NCBI RefSeq assembly: GCF_014396165.1
Contig: NZ_CP060715.1
Coordinates: 900,001 to 932,000, forward strand
Direction: 5' to 3'
Length of the DNA stretch: 32,000 nt
Source of the DNA: Erysipelothrix inopinata
Lineage (GTDB): Bacteria > Bacillota_I > Bacilli_A > Erysipelotrichales > Erysipelotrichaceae
Position 1 is the first letter of the stretch; each line of letters begins with the position of its first letter. A program made the translations under genes and the position numbers. Positions 8,615 through 17,324 of this stretch are shown here, in pieces. The notes under the pieces were generated by a model. That model was not told the origin of the DNA, did not search any database, and saw only the letters and a program-made list of their open reading frames with translations.

Positions 8615-9544
8615 TTAGTTTGAAAAATTATTTAATTCTGATGCAATAGTCTTCGACTGAGTATGATGCAAGTAATGTGAACCCTCAAGAACAATCAATT
8701 TACTTTTACTACTATTTTCTAACATTGCCTCATGAATTGGTATCCAGTTTGAGTCGGATTCCACACTTTCACTCGCAAGTATATATAAGACTGGTAGATC
8801 AATGGGGTAGGTTGAATTCATCGTTTTATCAAAGTTATTTTTCATTTCATAACCTTCATTTTGTGTTGCTTTTGAACCGATACTATGGAGTGAAATATAT
8901 TTAAATTGTTGTTTGAATTCTTCATCCATTGGAGGTGTGTTTAAAAAGTCATCACCAGTAGAAGATAAGATTCTATAAATACCCGATTTTGCTAAAAAGT
9001 TAATCATTGATTCTTGATTATCGTCAGCGCCACCTTGACTTGGGAGACTACTGTCGATTCCTACAAGTAAATTTACTTCGTTGGGGTACATTTCAATATA
9101 TTTTAATGCATAGACGCCCCAAATTGAATGAGTTACTAATGAGTATTCTTTTATATCTAGAGAATCTAGTGCTGAATGAACCTCATTCACGAGATTTTCA
9201 ACTGTGCGTGGTGCATCTGTATCGTCACTCATCCCATAACCTAAAGGTTCAATGACAACCACTTTATGATCAATAGATAGCTCATCAGTAAGTAACTTAA
9301 AATCTAGAGTTGGTGCACCTGTTAGATATCCAGGTAAAAGAACGAGTGTATCATCACCCTGTCCCAAGATTGAGACTTGCATTTCTTTTTCGCCTACTTT
9401 AATTCTTTGACCATACTCACTAATTTTTACGCTTTCTTTACCTAGTTTAATTTTATTGTTAGTAAAGATTCCACCAAACACTAAACCAATGATAATTAGG
9501 ATACTCAATAAAATTATGACAAAAACCTTTAATACTTTATTCAT
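8615..9544 (-). CDS. Membrane-anchored alpha/beta-fold hydrolase
   Basis: N-terminal TM helix. Nucleophile elbow THSIWG. C-terminal GSHYLHH. Its start lies 2 nt after the upstream TetR stop, so they form an operon. Confidence 0.75.
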   Translation of the reverse strand: MNKVLKVFVIILLSILIIIGLVFGGIFTNNKIKLGKESVKISEYGQRIKVGEKEMQVSILGQGDDTLVLLPGYLTGAPTLDFKLLTDELSIDHKVVVIEPLGYGMSDDTDAPRTVENLVNEVHSALDSLDIKEYSLVTHSIWGVYALKYIEMYPNEVNLLVGIDSSLPSQGGADDNQESMINFLAKSGIYRILSSTGDDFLNTPPMDEEFKQQFKYISLHSIGSKATQNEGYEMKNNFDKTMNSTYPIDLPVLYILASESVESDSNWIPIHEAMLENSSKSKLIVLEGSHYLHHTQSKTIASELNNFSN

Positions 9545-9546
9545 TA

Positions 9547-10203
9547 TTACTCCTCTGTAATGCCCTGGGCATTTTTACTTATTTCATGATTAATTCTCTC
9601 AATAACATAGTCATCTAAAATATCCAAATGATTATTCTTTAAAAACTTCTGTGAAACATGAATTTTTTGTTCAAAGGTTTCAATAGTATTTGGAAAGATA
9701 GCATTAAGGAACCATGTACTCAACACAAGAACGATTAATTCTGCAGTCTGTTTGGGGTGATCCATAGATAATGATCCATCTTCATTTCCCTCTACAAGTG
9801 CATCTTCGATGTAAGGAACCAATGTTTGGTTTACATAGTCAATATACTTTAAAAAGAATTTAGGACTATTCAGTAGTTCAAAAGAATTTGAAATGTATTT
9901 AAAAATGGACTCGTCAAACATACTTGCGACAAAAAAATCTTGTATCTTTCTTAAACCCGTTAATTGTTCATTTTTAGAAATAGAATCAAGGACATCCTTG
10001 GAGGGAATAAGTCTTTCAATTACTTTATCTGCTACTTCATCCTTTGATTCAAAGTGATGATAAAATGCACCTTTAGTTAAACCATCTAAAGGATTCATAA
10101 TGTCTTGAACTCGAGTTGCATCAAAACCTTCTTGGATAAATAGTTTTGTAGCGCTATCTAAAATTAATACCTGAACTTCTTGAGCTGTATATTTTTTCTT
10201 CAT
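9547..10203 (-). CDS. TetR/AcrR family transcriptional regulator
   Basis: HTH ATRVQDIMNPLDGLTKGAFYHHFESKDE. I chose ATG 10203 (MKKKYTAQE) because it has RBS aggagg. The ORF-track extension to 10380 runs through the promoter and operators. Confidence 0.88.
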   Translation of the reverse strand: MKKKYTAQEVQVLILDSATKLFIQEGFDATRVQDIMNPLDGLTKGAFYHHFESKDEVADKVIERLIPSKDVLDSISKNEQLTGLRKIQDFFVASMFDESIFKYISNSFELLNSPKFFLKYIDYVNQTLVPYIEDALVEGNEDGSLSMDHPKQTAELIVLVLSTWFLNAIFPNTIETFEQKIHVSQKFLKNNHLDILDDYVIERINHEISKNAQGITEE

Positions 10204-10213
10204 GATACCTCCT

Positions 10214-10234
10214 AAACATACTCTGGGTATGTTT
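10214..10234. promoter_or_regulatory. Palindromic operator 1 (AAACATAC-N5-GTATGTTT), candidate TetR site
   Basis: Perfect 8-bp inverted arms, located between the -10 element and the RBS of the TetR gene. Confidence 0.6.
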
Positions 10235-10236
10235 TT

Positions 10237-10266
10237 ATTATAAATCAAAAAATAAATAGTTGTCAA
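10237..10266 (-). promoter_or_regulatory. SigA promoter of the TetR-hydrolase operon
   Basis: Minus strand TTGACA-N18-TATAAT. Confidence 0.65.
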
Positions 10267-10270
10267 GCAA

Positions 10271-10291
10271 AAACATTCTCTGGGTATGTTT
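10271..10291. promoter_or_regulatory. Palindromic operator 2 (AAACATTC-N5-GTATGTTT)
   Basis: 20 of 21 nt identical to operator 1, 57 bp away, just upstream of the -35 element. Confidence 0.55.
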
Positions 10292-10399
10292 TCTTTTTCT
10301 GTGTTAAAACACATATAAAAAAGTGAATAATAACAGAATGATAGCCTCGATTGTGATAGAATAGAAAGCAGAATACGCACTAGAAATGAGGATTAATAT

Positions 10400-11404
10400 A
10401 TGAGTAAAACAATTATACCTGAAGGTTATAAATCAACATTAGGTGTTTATGATACACAAACTGCAATTGGTTTCATCAAGCGTTGTTTTGAAGAAGCTCT
10501 AACTGGAAGTTTAAAGCTAAAAAGAGTTTCGGCACCGCTTTTTGTAGATCGAAATTCTGGTTTGAATGATGATCTCAGTGGTGTAGAAAGACCTGTACGT
10601 TTTGATGTTCCTTCTTTAGAAACAGAAGGAGAAGTTGTTCATTCTTTAGCGAAATGGAAACGCATGGCACTTCATCAATATGATTTCCGTCAAGGTAATG
10701 GATTGTATACGGATATGAATGCAATTCGTCGTGACGAAGAGCTCGATAATCTTCATTCTATTTACGTTGATCAATGGGACTGGGAGCGTGTCATAGCTTC
10801 TGAGTGGCGTACTGAAGAATACCTTAAAGAAACTGTTCAAGGACTCGTGAATGCAATTGTTGAGACATCCAGTAGACTTCATACAAAGTATCCAGATGTA
10901 AATGTTACAATTGATTCAAATGTAGCTTTTGTTACAAGCCAGGAACTCGAAGACATGTATCCAAAATTAACTTCAAAAGAACGCGAAAATGCTTATGTTA
11001 AGGAACATCCTACAACTTTTATTATGAAAATAGGCGGTGCACTTACGAGTGGTGTACCTCATGATGGGCGTGCTCCAGACTATGATGATTGGGAGCTTAA
11101 TGGTGATCTGCTATTCTGGCATGAACCTTTAAACTGTGCTATGGAATTATCCAGTATGGGAATTCGTGTAGATTCCGCAAGTCTTCTAGCTCAACTCGAA
11201 ACAGCCAACGCAACTGACCGCTTAAAGTATAATTTTCATCAACAAATTCGAGATAATAAACTCCCTCTCACAATTGGTGGCGGAATTGGTCAATCAAGAA
11301 TGTGTATGCTTTTATTAGGCAAAGCACATATCGGTGAAGTCCAAGTTTCACTTTGGGATGAAGAGACCTTAGAATCTTGTAAAAATAAGATTGAATTACT
11401 CTAA
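10400..11404 (+). CDS. asnA: Aspartate--ammonia ligase (asparagine synthetase A)
   Basis: 334 aa with class-II aaRS-like AsnA signature regions (SAPLFV..., GGGIGQSRMCMLLL). Extended -10 TGATAGAAT at 10354-10362. Confidence 0.92.
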   Translation: MSKTIIPEGYKSTLGVYDTQTAIGFIKRCFEEALTGSLKLKRVSAPLFVDRNSGLNDDLSGVERPVRFDVPSLETEGEVVHSLAKWKRMALHQYDFRQGNGLYTDMNAIRRDEELDNLHSIYVDQWDWERVIASEWRTEEYLKETVQGLVNAIVETSSRLHTKYPDVNVTIDSNVAFVTSQELEDMYPKLTSKERENAYVKEHPTTFIMKIGGALTSGVPHDGRAPDYDDWELNGDLLFWHEPLNCAMELSSMGIRVDSASLLAQLETANATDRLKYNFHQQIRDNKLPLTIGGGIGQSRMCMLLLGKAHIGEVQVSLWDEETLESCKNKIELL

Positions 11405-11451
11405 ATGAGATTGAACTATTTATGATGGTATGCTATCATAAATAGGCAATT

Positions 11452-11527
11452 GGACCATTAGCTCAGTTGGGAGAGCGCATCCTTGACGTGGATGAGGTCA
11501 GCGGTTCGAGCCCGTTATGGTCCACCA
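11452..11527 (+). tRNA. trnV: tRNA-Val (anticodon GAC), CCA encoded
   Basis: Folds as a cloverleaf: acceptor GGACCAT/ATGGTCC, D arm GCTC-AGTTGGGA-GAGC, anticodon stem CATCC/GGATG with loop TTGACGT, T loop TTCGAGC. Confidence 0.9.
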
Positions 11528-11541
11528 TTTTATATAAATTC

Positions 11542-11564
11542 AGACTTGAAAAAGTCTTTTTTTA
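11542..11564 (+). terminator. Terminator after the tRNA
   Basis: agactt-gaaa-aagtct followed by T7. Confidence 0.7.
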
Positions 11565-11609
11565 TATCTTAAATTTAAAACTGGAAAAAAAGTGGAGGAA
11601 CGATGAAAG

Positions 11610-12045
11610 ATGTCGCTTAAAAGAGCTAGTAGAAAAGACATTGAATGGGTTAACAACCAGTACAAAGAAATCGGATTTGTAGAAAGTAATTTTGATAATG
11701 AAATTATTGTAATTGTCGAACATGAAGGGAATTGTGCAGGATTGGGAAGAATCGTAAATCTGAATAATAATGAAGCCGAAATGGGGGGAATATATATTCT
11801 CGATAAATACAGAGGATTAACCCTTGCTCGTAAACTTGTAGAAGGCTTAATAGATACCGCTCGATTAGAGGGATATAAAACGATTTATTGTCTTCCATTT
11901 TGAAAATCTCAAAAGTTTTTACGGAAGCTTTGGTTTCGTTGAAATTGACTCGTACGTTAATGTAAATGACGCTATACTAAAGAAACACACATGGTGTAAT
12001 GATAATTACGAGATACCTGTATTATTACTAAAACTTGATGTGTAA
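11610..12045 (+). pseudogene. GNAT acetyltransferase interrupted by a 1-nt frameshift in a T4 run
   Basis: Frame 1 ends ...YKTIYCLPF* at 11903. The next frame continues ENLKSFYGSFGFVEID...LLLKLDV* to 12045, which is the expected GNAT C-terminus. Deleting one T of tttt (11898-11901) restores a protein of about 144 aa. Confidence 0.75.
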
Positions 12046-12060
12046 ATACATTTGAAATTA

Positions 12061-12098
12061 AAAATACCCATTCAAAAATAAGTTTGGGTATTTTTTTT
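12061..12098. terminator. Bidirectional terminator between convergent genes
   Basis: ataccca / tgggtat stem flanked by an A-run and T8. Confidence 0.7.
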
Positions 12099-12134
12099 AT
12101 AACAAATACTAATTTGTAATACAAAATATTTTAA

Positions 12135-12365
12135 CTAAATTTTACTTTCTCGGTGAGTAAAGTACGTACCAATTCCAGCAAGAGCAGACAATACAAGTAT
12201 ACTCTTAGAGTTAAAAATCAGACCTGCACTGAGCAATGCAACTGCAACTGAACCGTTAATTTTAGTATGCTTTTTAAGACTTTCACGATCATCTTTTGGT
12301 AGAGTCACATTGACACCTATTTTCTTATTGATGGCATTTATCTTTTGATTAATTTCTCGAATCAT
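12135..12365 (-). CDS. Small membrane protein (76 aa), unknown function
   Basis: RBS aagggaga 6 nt upstream of the start. Charged helical N-terminal half and two hydrophobic segments in the C-terminal half. Overlaps the upstream TetR gene by 17 nt. Confidence 0.6.
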   Translation of the reverse strand: MIREINQKINAINKKIGVNVTLPKDDRESLKKHTKINGSVAVALLSAGLIFNSKSILVLSALAGIGTYFTHRESKI

Positions 12366-12960
12366 AGTCGTTCTCCCTTAAAATCTGTGGTAATGTTGCG
12401 CGTAATATAGTTTCGTAAATATCCTTTTTAGGAATTGTGGTTTCATGTCCTGATCTTAGTGTTGAAAGTAATATATTGAGTGTATCAAAAGTAAAAGTAT
12501 CTGTCATTTCAGACTCAAGATTACATATTTTTAGTGATTCTTCAAAACTAGAAAAATTACTTTCAACTAATTTATTTATTTGATCTTGATTAAGTTTATT
12601 TAAAAACAATTGGAAGTCATGGTTATTAAATGTGTATAGAAATGGTTTGGATTCGTACTCTTGATAAAGCATGAGATTAAGTTGAATAAAACCTTCCAAA
12701 GATGGATTATGTTTGAGAATTTCTTCTGCTCTTTTTGCTAACTTATCTTGAATGTGTAAAAATGATTCATAAAAAAGCTCTTCCTTATTATCAAAAAGAA
12801 GATAAAAGGATCCTGTTGCAATGTTCGCATCTCTTGTTATTTTAGCAATACTTGTTTTGGTATAGCCGTGTTCAATCCATGATGTAATACATGTCGAAAT
12901 CATTAATTCACGGAGTTTAATTTTCTCATTTTCCGTAAATCCTTTGGGTCCTGTTTTCAT
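12349..12960 (-). CDS. TetR/AcrR family transcriptional regulator
   Basis: HTH TSIAKITRDANIATGSFYLLFDNKEELF. I chose ATG 12960 (MKTGPKGF), which has RBS ggagaaata. Confidence 0.85.
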   Translation of the reverse strand: MKTGPKGFTENEKIKLRELMISTCITSWIEHGYTKTSIAKITRDANIATGSFYLLFDNKEELFYESFLHIQDKLAKRAEEILKHNPSLEGFIQLNLMLYQEYESKPFLYTFNNHDFQLFLNKLNQDQINKLVESNFSSFEESLKICNLESEMTDTFTFDTLNILLSTLRSGHETTIPKKDIYETILRATLPQILRENDYDSRN

Positions 12961-13183
12961 TATTTCTCCAATCGTGAATATTGCGAGTGATATATTCATG
13001 ATTAAAATATAACATTCTAGTTATTAAAATACAAGATATATGAAAGAATATCTATTTTTTCGTGACACGTACAAAGTCATTCATGACAATATTCTTAGAA
13101 GTAGATATATAGATGCTATACATAATATAAGGATGACATTTTTTATTAGTTAAATAATGTCTTTACTTTAGAGGAGGGAATAT

Positions 13184-15190
13184 ATGAAATTGAAGAAAAC
13201 AGCTCTCGCATTAATTTTGAGTATTAGTTTATTAGTACCCAATATGATGAGCATCAATGCTGATGCGGGTCAGAAGAATGTTAATGCAAATCTAGTGGGG
13301 GAAGAGCTCAATGAGACACAACAAATCTCGCTAAATTATGATAGTACTACGAATTTGTTGACCGATGGGCAGGGTGATGACTTGGAATTTATATCGACAG
13401 CTTCCAGTCGTTATCAGCTCGATTCAGTCGATATTACACGGAGTCGCCAAAAAGTGGAAATCGAATATTACTTAGGTGACTACAATTCTTCGACATTGAT
13501 TGGTGTAGATAGTGGATATGCCGATTATGATGATGTTGTCAGTGATTATTACCTATCAATATCAGAAATTAATGAAAAATTTGGTACGACAATACCAACT
13601 TCATATCGAATGGTAATTACGAGTGATTACTTGGGATTGATCCCAGAAATAACTGATCCAGAACAACCTGTAAAAATTAAGATTTTGGTAGCAGAAGTAC
13701 TCTCATTTACGTTGAGTGCTCATAAATATCAAAACAAACAAGATGCTCTTAACCCGACTGCAATTGGTAAGACTAAGTCAGAGATAGAGTCTTGGAGCGA
13801 ATACTGGAGAGTATATCGCTTATCTACAAGCTTTAAAGGAATTCGTGGGCAAGAGATTAATTTAAAAAGTGCAGCACAATTTACAGATAAATACAAAGCA
13901 GGAAGTCGTGAAGGAAGTCTCGTAGAGTTCGGGTATTATGATCCAAGTGGTAACTTTGTTGAGGCAAGTACGCTAACTATTAGTGATTCATTGCCAAAAT
14001 CAATTACAACTGGAGGATTCTACAGTGTTGATGATTATGGGTCAGCTGTTGTTAAACCATCTGAAGCAAGTGCAGTAACATCGGGAGCGAATGTTGGATT
14101 TACCGGGGGATCCGAAGGATGGAAACCTAAACAAGTAACAGAAAATTATCCGATTGCAACACAAAGAGATAAACTTGAAGCGTACCAGTTTAATTTAGAC
14201 GGAGATCCTTTTACAAATCCAGAATTTGATCTTTGGTATCCACCCGTAAACTGGATGTTAGGTCACCCACTTCAAATTCAATACAACTATAACAAGATCG
14301 GTTCATTGTACACAGTTGAGTTTGAAAGCAATGGTGGAACTGATGTCGAGAGTATTCAAGGTATTAGTGAAAATTCCACAATTGGTGAACCATCATCACC
14401 AACTAAACTTGGACATAGTTTTGGTGGATGGTACCAAAAGAATCCTGAATCAGAAACAGTAACTGAATCAGACCGTTGGAATTTTGCTAGCGATTTAGTT
14501 CAAGAAAATATGACTCTCTATGCTAAATGGATTGCGAGTGAAGTGACTGTCGAATATGAATCAAATGGCGGAACAGCTGTTTCTTCCGAAACTGTTGATT
14601 TCAATAATGTGTTCACGCGTCCAAATGATCCAGTCAAAGATGGATACAAATTTATAGGTTGGTATTCAGAAGATACATTCGTAAATTTATATGATTTTAG
14701 TACGACAGCGACAGAAAATACGACTCTGTACGCAAAATGGGAAAAAATTGAAATCCCAGTAATTGAATATACTGTTACGTACGAAGATGGTGTAGGTGGT
14801 AGTGTTTTTGCAAGTGAGATATACACGGTAAAAGAAGGTGTTTCTACACCAAGTTTCAGTAACAATCCGGTTCGCGAAGGTTATACATTTACTGGTTGGT
14901 CACCTGCGGTAAGTGATACTGTTACTGAAAATGTGATTTATGTTGCACAATGGAAGAAAAATGATAAACCAGTTGATCCGATTGATCCAATTGATCCGGT
15001 AGATCCAATTAAACCAGTTGAACCAGAGACACCAAAGGAACCTGTCGAAGAGGTAGATAATTCTGGTTCGGAAAATGAGAAACTACCATCAACAGGGTTA
15101 TCACATGATAATACTGGAATAATCTTCATGTTAGTGGGTACAATGTTGATTGGAATTGTTAGTTTACTAAAGAAAAAACAAAAATCATAG
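13184..15190 (+). CDS. LPXTG-anchored surface protein: unknown N-terminal domain of about 390 aa plus 3 Listeria-Bacteroides (Flg_new) repeats
   Basis: Signal peptide. Three G(H/Y)xFxGW...TLYAKW repeats. DPIDPIDPVDPIKPVEPETPKEP linker. LPSTG motif, TM segment and KKKQKS tail. Confidence 0.88.
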   Translation: MKLKKTALALILSISLLVPNMMSINADAGQKNVNANLVGEELNETQQISLNYDSTTNLLTDGQGDDLEFISTASSRYQLDSVDITRSRQKVEIEYYLGDYNSSTLIGVDSGYADYDDVVSDYYLSISEINEKFGTTIPTSYRMVITSDYLGLIPEITDPEQPVKIKILVAEVLSFTLSAHKYQNKQDALNPTAIGKTKSEIESWSEYWRVYRLSTSFKGIRGQEINLKSAAQFTDKYKAGSREGSLVEFGYYDPSGNFVEASTLTISDSLPKSITTGGFYSVDDYGSAVVKPSEASAVTSGANVGFTGGSEGWKPKQVTENYPIATQRDKLEAYQFNLDGDPFTNPEFDLWYPPVNWMLGHPLQIQYNYNKIGSLYTVEFESNGGTDVESIQGISENSTIGEPSSPTKLGHSFGGWYQKNPESETVTESDRWNFASDLVQENMTLYAKWIASEVTVEYESNGGTAVSSETVDFNNVFTRPNDPVKDGYKFIGWYSEDTFVNLYDFSTTATENTTLYAKWEKIEIPVIEYTVTYEDGVGGSVFASEIYTVKEGVSTPSFSNNPVREGYTFTGWSPAVSDTVTENVIYVAQWKKNDKPVDPIDPIDPVDPIKPVEPETPKEPVEEVDNSGSENEKLPSTGLSHDNTGIIFMLVGTMLIGIVSLLKKKQKS

Positions 15191-15211
15191 AAATGGATAA
15201 TTAAAGTTTAA

Positions 15212-15249
15212 AGGTTAGATGATGTTGAGTACATATCTAACCTTTTTTT
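15212..15249 (+). terminator. Rho-independent terminator
   Basis: aggttagat / atctaacct stem followed by T6. Confidence 0.8.
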
Positions 15250-15321
15250 GTATTTTTCAACTATTGAGTGGTTTAGTTTGTCTAATAGGTGAAGGAGGAA
15301 AATTAGATGGTAATCTTTAAA

Positions 15322-15350
15322 TTACAAAGTACTCAGAAGTGTCCTATAAT
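15322..15350 (+). promoter_or_regulatory. SigA-type promoter upstream of the ECF sigma gene
   Basis: TTACAA-N17-TATAAT, 30 nt upstream of ATG 15380. Confidence 0.6.
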
Positions 15351-15379
15351 ATTCGTAAAGAAGCGAGAAAGGAGAACCT

Positions 15380-15880
15380 ATGGAAATCAGTGATTATAAG
15401 AAAGCGATTCGTAACGATAAGCATCTCGTTGTAGTTCTTCAATCGTTTTCAGTTCAAATGCAAAAAATTGCTTTTTCTTACTATAATAATAGCGATTTTG
15501 CTGATGAAGTTATTTGTTCAACAATTTATAAAGTATATAAAAACAGAAAAAAAGTTCGTAAACCAGAATATTTTAAAACATGGGTGATGCGAATACTAAT
15601 CAACGAGTGTAAAGATGAGTTAAAAAGACGAAATCAATTCGTTGAACTTGTTAACTTGAATGATCTACCAGTGCAAAGTACGGAAGACTATTCGTATGTA
15701 AAAGATTACTTAAATACACTTACTACGGATGAACAGGAAATTATCCGATTGAAGGTATACAGTCAATTTTCTTTTAGAGAAGTGGGAGAAATGTTGGAGA
15801 TACCTGAAAGTACGATTAAGTCAAAATACTATTCAATTCTAAAGAAACTAAAAATAGAAATGGAGGATAATTATGAATAA
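15380..15880 (+). CDS. ECF-type sigma-70 family RNA polymerase sigma factor
   Basis: 166 aa. Region 2 is FKTWVMRILINECKDELKRR. Region 4 HTH is FSFREVGEMLEIPESTIKSKYYSILKKLK. Confidence 0.88.
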   Translation: MEISDYKKAIRNDKHLVVVLQSFSVQMQKIAFSYYNNSDFADEVICSTIYKVYKNRKKVRKPEYFKTWVMRILINECKDELKRRNQFVELVNLNDLPVQSTEDYSYVKDYLNTLTTDEQEIIRLKVYSQFSFREVGEMLEIPESTIKSKYYSILKKLKIEMEDNYE

Positions 15881-17216
15881 AAATGATAAAAATCAAATTA
15901 GAAATATTGATCAAATGATCGAAGATACAGTTATAAAAGCACACAAAAACAAGATTAAAAAGAATTTAATTATGAGCTTTTCAATTGTTTTCCTGCTTTT
16001 TAGTGCTTTCACTTTAACACTTAACTTTAATGATAAGTTCTACACTTATGCAATGGATCAACCAGTACTCAAACCATTAGTCGTAAACTTAAGATTTAAA
16101 GATATTTATACTGAACCTGATAAAAATACCATTGAGAATCAGAAATTCAAATTGAATATTATGAATCCCGGAGAATATGAGGGATTTAAGGTAATCCAGA
16201 AAAGTATGGATTCCAAAATTGATGAGATGTCATTTTATGCAAACATTCAAAGTTCGGGATCAGATTTATATTTAGTTCAAATGAATGAAGGATATGTGGG
16301 TGCTTATGCTGAAGGAATTTGGAAGTATAATGTGGAAACAAGTAATTTGGATAAAGTTATCGATTTCGAGAATTTAAACATTCAAAATATGGAATCGTTT
16401 GGAGTAGTTAAGGATGAGTTATATCTAACAAATCGTATCGTTAATGGGGATGAAGAGACTCTAAAAATTATGAAGTATACTGATGGAAAACTCAGTGAGA
16501 TTAACCAATCTATACATCATTTTTATCATTTCTTCAGTAATAAAATTAGTTTCTTTGAAGTAAACAATCAATTAACGTATACAACACTTGAGAGAAAAGA
16601 TGATAGATACTGTTATGTCCTTAATCAAGGAGAATCCAAAACAGAGCTAGAGTGCTACACGGGCAAGCTCAATGCAGCATACATTCCAGTATTAGATCAT
16701 CAAGCATCTAGCGAATATTATGATCTCTATCATAGCACGATGACAAACAATGAAAACTGGAGAACCGAAGGGAAAGAATCGGGACCAATTTTTACAAACA
16801 TCGTCTATGATAAAAATGGGAATAATGTATATGAGAATAGTTACGCATCAGAGATAAAACTGGTGGGTAAAAATCTATTAATCAAATATGATGAAGAAGG
16901 AAAAGAACCTCATTTTGAAATATATAATCTAGAATCAAAAATTGAGAAAAAATATGGAAATATCTCGGAATTCTTCTACGGACTTCAAGATCATGGCATA
17001 CGTTCCTATGTATTTGAAGTTGATGATTACGCTAAAAACTTAACTTCAGTTTACTCCAATCACTCGGTATTTACAGTTTTTGAATCAGTTGGAAAATTCA
17101 ACTCCCAATTACCAGGGAAATATTTAACACTTCCTGATAAAGGGAATTCGTTTATCGTATCGACCGATTCGGAAAATACGCAGCTTTATATTACGATGAT
17201 TAGTTATGATCGCTAA
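15873..17216 (+). CDS. Single-pass membrane protein, candidate atypical anti-sigma factor with a large extracytoplasmic domain
   Basis: Overlaps the sigma gene by 8 nt. About 31 cytoplasmic residues, one TM (LIMSFSIVFLLFSAFTLTL), then about 390 aa outside. I did not recognise a zinc-finger anti-sigma motif or any known family. Confidence 0.6.
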   Translation: MNKNDKNQIRNIDQMIEDTVIKAHKNKIKKNLIMSFSIVFLLFSAFTLTLNFNDKFYTYAMDQPVLKPLVVNLRFKDIYTEPDKNTIENQKFKLNIMNPGEYEGFKVIQKSMDSKIDEMSFYANIQSSGSDLYLVQMNEGYVGAYAEGIWKYNVETSNLDKVIDFENLNIQNMESFGVVKDELYLTNRIVNGDEETLKIMKYTDGKLSEINQSIHHFYHFFSNKISFFEVNNQLTYTTLERKDDRYCYVLNQGESKTELECYTGKLNAAYIPVLDHQASSEYYDLYHSTMTNNENWRTEGKESGPIFTNIVYDKNGNNVYENSYASEIKLVGKNLLIKYDEEGKEPHFEIYNLESKIEKKYGNISEFFYGLQDHGIRSYVFEVDDYAKNLTSVYSNHSVFTVFESVGKFNSQLPGKYLTLPDKGNSFIVSTDSENTQLYITMISYDR

Positions 17217-17324
17217 CTTATGTTAGTGACAAATACAAGCCGGTTAATACAGAGTTAAACACAAATCTAGTAAGATTCATTAGAATGGAAACATAGATTG
17301 AGACAATTCTATGAGGAGATTCCT

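Noticed and set aside
10204-10380. 59-codon N-terminal extension of the TetR ORF, with similar extensions at 12961-12999, 17298-17324, 19343-19426, 23354-23389 and 29925-30068.
   Set aside because: In each case an internal ATG with a canonical RBS gives the expected family N-terminus. The extensions run across promoters, operators or the upstream gene.
10204-10399. Possible T-box or other leader RNA upstream of asnA.
   Set aside because: The region is too short. It is occupied by the divergent TetR promoter and operators, and I could not find a T-box core (AATTAGGGTGGTACCGCG-like) or a terminator/antiterminator pair.
11467-11682. 71-aa ORF starting inside the tRNA-Val gene.
   Set aside because: It overlaps a tRNA that folds perfectly, and it runs through the tRNA terminator, so it is not credible as coding.
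13072-17239. Shared motif GTGACAnnTACAA upstream of both adhesin genes (13072-13084 and 17227-17239), considered as a candidate ECF target promoter.
   Set aside because: It matches only 11 of 13 nt. My rough estimate is that such a match is expected about once by chance between two AT-rich intergenic regions of this size. No consistent -10 element follows, and it does not resemble the AAC/CGTC ECF architecture.
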